This document shows positions 54,600-64,000 of a stretch of 64,000 nt of DNA, piece after piece; position 1 is the first letter of the stretch; every line of letters begins with the position of its first letter. Both the position numbers and the translations under genes were made by a program. The notes under the pieces were generated by a model, which had not been told where the DNA came from, did not search any database, and saw only the letters and a program-made list of their open reading frames with translations. The stretch is from contig OZ296654.1 of assembly GCA_965655095.1 (NCBI GenBank), forward strand, positions 8,928,001 to 8,992,000, written 5' to 3'. Origin of the DNA: Haplodiscus bocki (Eukaryota).

Positions 54600-56900
54600 C
54601 GTGCTCTCCAAAGAAGTCCAATCCAAAACTTTGTGACGGAAGGTTCATAATAATTCTTGGAAAAAGACAATTCAGTTATTTCTTTGCTTTCCAAACTTGA
54701 AAAAAAATCATTGATTAGACTATCTCGAGGCGTAAATTGTTTTTTTTTCTGGTTCTTTGATGATAAACTCATCTATTATGTCGACGGCTCGTCAGTATTT
54801 TTTTGTGAAATCAAGTCTTGCATCTATAGATAGCGAGAAACCGGTAAGATTTCCTCCAGCCGCTGTTCGTAATATTTCAACCTATTGACTCTTGGCTTAT
54901 CCGTTTTTGAGCAGATTCCTATTTTTTATTCAATGTTCGGGGTTATTACAGGAGAACCATACGTAAAGTATGATCTCAGTTGTCATTGGTAATTTTTTTT
55001 GTTTTATTGCACAAAAAATATCTTCTGGAACGCATCACCTCAGCATCGTCTCTTAACGAATGTGAGACTTTTTGATGCGATTTTTCCTAAGCTTGTGCCA
55101 ATTCAGACATGGGGTGGGGGTAACTCCCAGACCTTCTACTCGGCCCTGAGAGATGAGGATTTGTTCGTTGTAAAGTGCTTTCACCGGTGGATTTGTACAT
55201 GTTGAAACGTTAGGAAACGAAAACTCAGATTTCAACGAAGTAAATTACAATTTGTTGTCAGCACACCGTTTCCAAAGCAATAAAACAACATTTTGAAACA
55301 GGAAAGTGTTATCGCACAGAAATTCTGTTTTATCGGCGTACACAAATTCTTTGGAGTAATTCAAACAGCTTGGAAGTTCATCTATGTGCTGTGTAAACAA
55401 AAGTTGATCAAGGACCGATCCTTGGAGAACTCCACTCAAAGTTAGGTGATCGTTTTGATATGATTTTCACGTAATGTTTAGGACAAACCAGGTATGAAGA
55501 AAAGAGCCGAGGCAGATTATTCCTTTTTCCCGCAAGCCGTGAATTCATCATTAGTTTCTCGTTAATAAATCCATCGAGGGAATTCTGTTAGAATGTAAGA
55601 AAGAGTATGGAGATTTCTTGCCTTCTGTCGACTGATTGGTACACTCTAATCCAATATGTCAACAATTGACTGATCGTGGAGCGCCTTTTCAAAAAACCAT
55701 GCTGAACAGTTTCAATTTTTTTTGGAAAACTTTATATACTTAATTCGAAGCTATCTGTTTGACACAAAGTAATAAATTGATTAGATTTGCAACTGGCCAG
55801 TAAGAAAACGTTTTGGAGCGCTTTCCTGTTGTGAACGAATGTGTTTCTCAAAGACTTGCTTTTTGGCGGGAATTTTTCCTTCTTTAATTGAAGTTTTAAT
55901 TAGATTGTGGAAATGTGAGGCAAAACTGTTCGCAGTTTTTCTCATCATGCATCCAATTAGGCCACGTGGTCCTGTCCCTATCGAACAGTTTGAAATACAA
56001 GAAATCATCTAACTTGAGTTCAACTGTATTTGAAGTTTTGCAATCGAAAATGGCAAAAGCATCATTTTTTCGTTGTCCAGACACACGCAAAGCAAGCGTT
56101 GAAAGAAGTTCAGTTTTCGAAGTCAGTTCCCGTTGGCTGTTTTCAAAGATGAATCAACAATCGGGAGGAAATGTCATTGTTTAGGTGAACTGAAAAAATT
56201 GAAGCAGTTTTTCACTGATTTTGAAAAAATTGAAGCAGTTATTCAGTGAGTTGTCATGAACGCAGCTATCTAAGAGCAAATAAAAGTTAATCTATGCCAA
56301 GAGTGAAATCTTGAGAGTCATGTCGGTCGGCTTACCCGTTCTAAGGTTCGTTCGATAACGATTTAGCGGATGTATTGTAGTCAGTTGATTTGGGAGGGTT
56401 ATAAAGGGAAAGATAGTGTTTTTCAAACGACAGCGCCGAATCCAAAATCGTAAGAATTTTTCGTTTTTCGGGAATGTTTCGTGCAATGCGGGAATGTGGT
56501 AAGACCAGCTCTGTAATCTTCTCTACGTTAAATACGGGAGACAGTAAAACAAATCAAATCAAGGAAACCTTCAGTCTGGAAATCACCAGAGAGCCAGCTG
56601 TCTGTAAAGCAGACATTATCAGCATCAGAAGCAAGAAATTCACTGCAAACTTTTCAAAGTCTTTCTAGCGATAGGACGCTGCTAAAATTAACCAAAAAAC
56701 TCTTTGAATAATTCGAATACTCGGAACTACAACAGCTGGCCAACTTGAGGTACTTTAGCTGTCCATTTCGGAGGGTGCCGCTGTTGATACAAGAATGAAT
56801 CAGTGCCGTTTTCCCAGTAATTTTATTCTACGCCAACACTTTTTCAATAAAACTTCCGTTTTTACAATTGTTTTTGTCAAAAATGCTTTGATTCAATGGC
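54600..56900 (-). mobile_element. Highly decayed non-LTR retrotransposon (CR1/L2-like RT relic)
   Basis: Minus-strand fragments QHGFLKRRSTISQLL (~55700) and SGVLQGSVLDQLLF...DELP...VYADKT (55245-55439) match the RT motifs QHGF, SGVPQGSVLGPLLF and YADD. Boundaries are approximate. Confidence 0.75.
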
Positions 56901-57949
56901 CTTGAGGATAACTAATCTGCTTTCAAAACTTTTTGAAAGAGGAACGATTACTTTATCCTTGAGGCTTCTGCGTTTCTGACCAGTACGCAAACAGTTTTCA
57001 AAACCCATTTTGCAATCGAGCATATTTTTTAGGTCAATTATTCTTCGCGTGTCAGCAAGTTGCTAAGACGTTTTGGCTCTATCTCCTGCTACTTTGTCTG
57101 ATCCCGTAGTTTGGATCTATATTTTATGTCATCACCATGAGTTGTTTTTTTAAAAGCCAAATAAAACATTTTTTAAAAAAATACCGAACTTCAAAGATAC
57201 ATCTGCATTTTTCAGTTTTCTTTGATGAGAGCTGGCGTTATTCATCCATACTATTTATACCAATTTCATTTTTCTGGATCCATCTCAAATACCTATCTCA
57301 TTTTTCTGACGAAGCACTTTCAAAATAGAATGCATGGACTTCTAGACAGGCATCGCAGCCGAAGACAGTTTCGAGTAGCTTTCACCTACTTTAAGTCGTT
57401 TTCACTGGGAGCACACACATTTAGTGGAACCAATTCTTGCAAGTTTCACAACCAGTAAAAATCATGTCGCTGAATTCTATATATGCCACAATCGTTTCTT
57501 TCCTTGTTCCTGGTTTGTTTCATTTTTTAGTGTCTTCTCTAGTGATCTTTAATACGCAGCAAGATATTAAAGAACAGTCACCGACTTTCAAAAAAGGTTT
57601 TCATTGTTTTTCAGACCTGTTATAATTCCAATCGCATCCTTTTGTGAATTTGCAATTTGTACTTTGTTGTGGCGAAAAATTTCGAGAACAAAAGTTTGCG
57701 ATCATCACTTTTTGTTGGCAATTAGCAAGTGAAACAAGAAGCTCAGTCGCACGGCGTCCTTATCGACAATCTGGAGTCTAAAAAAGTTGCAAAACATACA
57801 GCAAATCAGCTTCTCAAAAACCCAATATCGACAAAAATCATCTCGGAGAAATTGCTCGATGAAAACTAGCCGATGTCAGAGAGTTATGATTTTGAAAATT
57901 GACAGAACAGGAGTATTAATTAGCCTTTTTCGCATGTTCAGCTTTTGAA

Positions 57950-60900
57950 AAATCTGATCCAAACGACAGAATTTGCGACTCTTCATTCAATATAAACTAA
58001 ATCACCGTCAGTGGAAACCTTGGAAAATTTAAAACCTGTAGTTTTCGAGAAGGACGAGTTAGAATATTGTTATACCTCTTCACTAAAATCATTTCCGCTT
58101 CCTGCAAATCAGAACTCCATGTCCAAAGTATGGGAGAAACTCCATGATACTTAGGAACAAAAATTCTGCGTCAAGTGAAGAAATTTCACTCGAAACCCAA
58201 TCGAAAATAGCGGCATATACAGCTCAAAATGTATTATTTTGAATAACGAAACGTGCCATGACTAATAAAACTTTCCGGCATTTCTAGTTCATCTGGACAT
58301 CACTACAAAGAAAATCAGTACATTGGATAAAAATAATACGACACAAGAAAGAACACTTAGATTGAAATCTTGAACGGGGACAAAGAGTCAATTGTTTTGA
58401 GAAAACACGAGTCTGAAAAATGAGTTGAGTCTTCACTATAACATTTTCTGGCGTTTTTGAACAAAAAAGATCAAAGTGCAAGAAGAAATTGATAGCTTTC
58501 CTTTTTAGTATTCTTCCAAAGGTAGACACTTTCCACTTTCCGCTTTGGTAGAAAAATAAAGCCTGGTATTATGAAGGACTTTGAATTTGATTACGGAGAT
58601 TTGTCAAAAATAGGAGATTTTGCCATTCTCGGACTGTCAAGATTCGGAGGAAAAAAATAAATTGAACAAATTTAAAACCGGTTTGTCCACCAAAGAACAA
58701 AAGTTCCGCTTTGAGACCTGTAAGCGAGTTGTTCAATCAAAGGTTTCGGAGAAACATGAGTGGAAAGAAAGATAGAATGTCACAACTACTTGCAGTTGTT
58801 TTGCAAATTGGAATTATTAAAGTTCCAACCCGAAAAGGAAACAAAATCATTGCCTTTTAATCCAGAACTCCTCTTCCAGGAAAAATATTTCAATGGCGCG
58901 CTTGATCGAAGACATCAAGTTGGTAGTCAAGGAGAGACAGAGTTTGTAACCCCTAATGAATCGAAATTGGAAGCTCGTTTTGGAACCGTCAATCCACCCG
59001 AGCTCTTAACCAAACAACACAATCAAAGCCTATCAAACCGAACTCTCCAGCACAGATGTGTATCCCTTGATTGCGATTTTGAATTAGGAAGTTAAGCCTG
59101 TACATAAGGTGAATTATGAGTTAGATGAGGGCAGTGAATCCTTATTTTTAGCAAAATTGAATTTTCTTAGTATCAGAAATCCACAGTGAGGAACAGAACG
59201 GATGGCGGTCCAGCTGTGAGTAGTTTTGAACTGTTTTGGGGCTTCTGGATTGAGGCTTTGTTGGAAGAAATCAGGCCTGTAGTTATGGAGACCATTCAAT
59301 AATTATATTGAGAAACATCAAAAGTAACACCGTCTTTCAGTTTTGGAGCTGTCCAGACTTTAATTCAAGCAGCAAAAAGTAGGCTCTCTGAAACGAATCT
59401 AACTCTCTTTTTTGTAAATCTTTCGATAGAGGACTAAACGCAAGCAATCAACTAAGTAGTTACGGAGAAACAGGAGTTGAACTTTCGGTTTTGGATCAAT
59501 TCGAATCGCCTCTTTTGGATTTTCTGGATTGTAAAGTTTCTGATGGGAGAGGTTTAAAAGCTGATGTTTCAATCGGAAACTCTAGCAGAAGTTGAATGGT
59601 TTCGATTGATTTTCGATAGAGAAAATCCAGCCGGTTGTTACGGAAAAAGAGTGAGTTTAAATATCACGATAACCCAATGCTAAACAAAGTTTTTGAGTTT
59701 TTCGGTCAATGAGGAATCTCATGCAAAAAATGAACTCCGCACCTTTCTCACCACTTGATTTTACCCAAATTAAAAAATTGCGATTGGGACCTAGAATGAA
59801 AAAGTCAAGCCTCTATTTACGCATGAGAAGAGTTCGAAATCGACAAAAATCAATATTTATAGCACCCTGGGAAATTTCGGACTATCATGTTTCGCTATGC
59901 GGGTATCAAAACTAATGATTATTTCATAGAATGGATGTTTAAGTTTATGAAAATTTCCTGCAAAGTCTTGATGGTAGAAATCAAATTTATTGTTACGATG
60001 AAGAAAGTGTTTGAAAACGGAGATAAACCAGTTTTTTTGGCATTTTCCGGAAGCGTCGGAACTTTGCATTTGGAGGATTTGAATGCAAGGATCGAAATGA
60101 AAGTTTTTTTGATGAATGTCTCCTTCAAAACTGTATGGTGTCCGGATAGTATCTTCATGCAAAAACGAAACCTGCAGTTGCGGAAAAACACAATTTAGAA
60201 TATCGAGCTGATTTAATGACAAAAGAACTTTTTGCAATTTTTGGACTGTTTTATTTCTGATGCAAGGATCAAAATCGATGATTCTTCAAACCAATCCCCC
60301 ACTACAAGTGTAAGGAGTTCCAAGAAAGAAAACGACTAAACGAAGATGAGTCTTTACTTATTTTAGTAGGTTCTGTTTTCCGACAGTGAATTAAGTTCCA
60401 CTTACCCACAAGACAAGTCCAGCCAAAATACGTGCAGTGATTTGAGGTTCTCAGTAGTCACGGGCCAAGCCTGAAAACTGCCCAATTTATTCCATGTGGT
60501 TACTTTCCACTCCTCTCTGGAATCCAACAACAAATAGCTGGTACCACAAATACAAACAATGCGTGCGTATGAAAATTTTCATTGATCTGGAACTGAACTG
60601 TCCCTCATCTGATCTAAAGCGTTTATGAAACTTGTTGCAGTTTTCCGTCGCAATGAAATTTTCGAGTTGACAAAAAATTGTTTTTGTTTCATTCGATCAG
60701 AACGTATGTTCAAAGCTACAGTCGCCGCCATGCCTATGAAAATTCTATTTTAGGTGAAAAAACTAGAATCTGTTCCATCTAAGAGGCACTGAAAACTATA
60801 TCAACGCCGATTAAGACCATGATAGAAGAAATACAATCTGTAGTTTTCGAGAAGGACGACTATCAAAGTCTAGATATGTCAATATTGATACCATTTTTGC

Positions 60901-63900
60901 CACTTCTGGTCAATCGGGACTCCCGATCCGATGTGCGGGACAACTTCTACGATTACTAGAAACGCATATTCTGCCTCAAGTAAAGAACAATCGAATGACA
61001 CCATGAAGAAAAGTGAAACAATTAGAGATGAGGAAGTTAAGTTTTGAACAACAAATCATACTGTGACTAATATAAATTTCTGGCGTTTCTAGTCCGTCTG
61101 GAGTTCACTACAAGAAACGAAAATGTTAGGTTCGATAAGAAAATTCCAACACAAGTAAGATGACTGAGATTGAAATTTTGGATGGAGACAGCTAATCAAT
61201 TGTTTTGAAAAAACATGAGTATTAAAATCGAGATGAGTCTATATTGGATGTCTTTTTAGTGTTTTGGACTACTAGTACTCTAATGCAGGAAAATAGTGAT
61301 AGCTTTAAACAGTCAAATTTTTAAAAAGCAATAGTTTTTCAATTGCCGCCTCGGTGGAAAAATTCAGGCCTCTTGTTTCAGAGACAAAGGATTTTGAACA
61401 CTGAGATTTGTCAGTGTTAGGAAAGTTGTGGCAGTCTCAGACTATCAGGATTCGGACGCATGGTATCAATTCAATTGGTGGGAGATCGATTAGTGGACCA
61501 TAGAGAAAAAGTTTCTTTTTGAGACCTTGAAACAGGACAACCAATCAATAGTTTTGTGGAACTAGGAGTGGAGAAAAAGAAACGAAATCACAACTACTAG
61601 CAATTGTATGGCAATTTGGAATTATAAAACTTGAAACGCGAATAAAACACAAGATCAATGCTCCTTATTCCAAAACCTTCTTTGTGGAAAGGTATGTCAA
61701 CTGTGCACTTGATAAAAGACATGAAGCCGGTAGTTACGGATGGACAGAAATTGTATCCTGTGACGTATCAAAAATGAAAGCTAATTTTGAATTCGTCGAT
61801 CCATCAGAGCTTTTGTCCAAAAAACACAATGAAGGTTTTGTGAAACGAATATTCCGTCACAGATGAAAATGCTCTGATTGAGTCTTTGATGAGGGAAGAA
61901 AACCCTGTAGTTAAGGAGAAATATCAGATAGAATATGGAAATCAATTGGAAGTTGCAGTAAAATTTGTACTACAAAGTTCTTCGGTTGACACCTTGATGG
62001 AAAAATTCATACCTTTCATCATCGTGAAAATTGAGTTTGAATATCAAGAATAGTCATTGTTAATCTCGTTTTTTTGGAAAATTCGGTTTTTGAAAACTCA
62101 GAAGCAAAGAACGAAACCCGCAACTTTTCAACCACCTGGTTCGCTATATTTTAGAATATTGCAATTGAGACCCTGATTGAACTAATCAAGCCCGTGTTTA
62201 CGCACGAAAAGCTTTCGAAATCGACATAAGGCAGTTTTCATAGCATTTTCTGGAGTTTTCGAACTACTATGCTATTTTTATGGAAAAATTAAAACTGATG
62301 ATTTTCTAATGGAACAGTTCTTTAAGTTAGCGAAATTTTCCTGCAAAATCTTGGTGACAAAAATCCAACTTGTCTTTCTGGAGGAAAAAGATTAGTCAAA
62401 AATATTGGCGCTTTCTATGAAAAATGGACTAACAGGATTCGGATTCAGGGATCAAAACGGAAGAGTTTTCATTCAAATCCTTCATTACATTTCCATGGTA
62501 TCCGTTCGATATCTTGTTGCAACAAACGAAACCTATAGCCACGTAGAAACAGAATTCCGAAAAACGATAAGATTTGATAATATTTGGAGTTTTTGCATTT
62601 CTCGGATTCTTCTGTTTCTGATGCAAGAATCAGAATCGGTTTTTTTTCAATCAAATCCTCCACTACAAGTGTGGTTGTTTCCATGCAGATCTTGATGAAA
62701 GAAAAGCAGCCTCTGGTGCCAGAAACAAAAGAGCTTTAAAGTCGGATTTTATCGAAAAAAGCACTGTTTTGAAAAATTGAACTATCAGGGTTCGGTTGCG
62801 ATAATCGAGAGCCTTGATGCAATCGGATTCTTTTCTCTAAGTTTATTGCTTTCGATTGAGACCATAGTGGAAGGAATCAAAACAGAAGTTTCTGAGAAAC
62901 CTGATTTCGAAAATCGAGCAACACAAAAATCATAGCACCCTTTCGGATTTTAGGACCGTCAGGGTTTTGATTCCAGGCATCAAACTACTGATTCATCAAA
63001 ACAGGACTCTTTTGTTGCAGAAACAAGGATTCTATTTGAGACCCAAGTGAAAAAATTGAGATTTGTAATTTTGAGGAAAAGTTGGTTGCATTGAAATTCA
63101 GTACTAAATGCGTTTCCTTGTATTCCGTCAAAGTGGGCATCTTAGAACGACAATTTTCGAGAAATTTTTCTCCAAAAGAAACTTGTGTTTTTTGACCCCG
63201 GTGGAACTAGGATATTGAAAGCAATTTGACGCCAGAAAACTGATGAAAAAAACTCACCTATTTACATGTAAAGTCAAATTTTATAACATTTTCATAAATA
63301 TTTAAACTATTAACCATTTTCTTTTTCTTTAGAAGATCGAAATTTTTTTCTCGTCTTTTTCTGGAATTTCACAAAAAGAACCATTTGTTTCTTTTCGGTT
63401 TCAAAAAAGACATTTTTATGAGAAAAAAAACCCACGTACCAGAAAAAGAAAACCCTGAATTTTGCTTGGAAAAACCTTGTTTTGTTAAAAAAATTAAAAA
63501 AACGTCAACGAGTATCTAAGAAAGTGTAACCAAAATGATTAACAACAGGATTTGATCCCACCAAGTCGCAATCAGCACTACAGGTGTATGGTATCCGAAT
63601 GAAATCTTGTTGCAAGAAACAAAACCTTTAGTTACGGAGAAAGGTAATTTCGAGATTATTCGATGAAGGTAGCACTTTAGCAACTTTTGGACTGTTCTGG
63701 TTCTGATGCAAGGATCAAAATCGATATTTTTTCATTCAAATCCTCCACTACAAGTGTAATGCTATCTATTCAGACGTTGATGAAGGAAATGGAGTCTCTG
63801 GCGCCAGAAAGATTCGAGTTTGAAAGTCGAGAGAAATCAAATAATAGCTCTCTTTTGATTATTTGGACCATGAGGGTTCTAATTCAATGATCAAAATGCT

Positions 63901-64000
63901 TGTTGCAAGCAATTTTTTCTCTACAAGTAAATGAATTTTGATTGGGATCTTCATGGAAGAAATCAGAACAGTAGTCTTTTAGAAGTTTGACTCTGAATTT
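57950..64000. repeat. Decayed multi-copy tandem/segmental repeats, possibly pseudogene relics
   Basis: ~58.0-59.1 kb recurs at ~60.8-61.9 kb (offset ~2.8 kb; CTGTAGTTTTCGAGAAGGACGA at 58036 and 60838). GATGCAAG(G/A)ATCA(A/G)AATCG...CCACTACAAGTGT recurs near 60260, 62620 and 63705. Confidence 0.6.

Overview
AT-rich animal (invertebrate-type) nuclear DNA with spliceosomal introns. Bases 1-~22.7 kb carry the 5' part of a rootletin/CROCC-family coiled-coil gene on the minus strand (9 coding exons reconstructed by hand; the gene runs off the left edge). Its introns hold two Mutator/FLYWCH deletion derivatives, a decayed hAT element, a MITE, a tRNA-Ile(AAT) gene and tRNA-like relics. Bases 23861-53902 are two head-to-tail ~15-kb copies of an unusual Helitron-like rolling-circle element; copy 1 looks intact and copy 2 is pseudogenised. 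Each copy encodes (i) a hydrophobic leader ending in a 2A-like GIETNPGP motif, followed immediately by an A-run where coding switches to the -1 frame into a ~2670-aa OTU / Cys-rich / HUH-Rep / PIF1 helicase / GIY-YIG protein, (ii) a spliced SGNH-like ORF and (iii) a Cys-containing, possibly OB-fold ORF. The hexamer CTGGGT sits at the left boundary, the inter-copy junction and the right boundary, which suggests sequence-specific, site-regenerating insertion. The last 10 kb holds a CR1/L2-type LINE relic and decayed multi-copy repeats. All domain calls come from motif recognition by eye; no searches were run.
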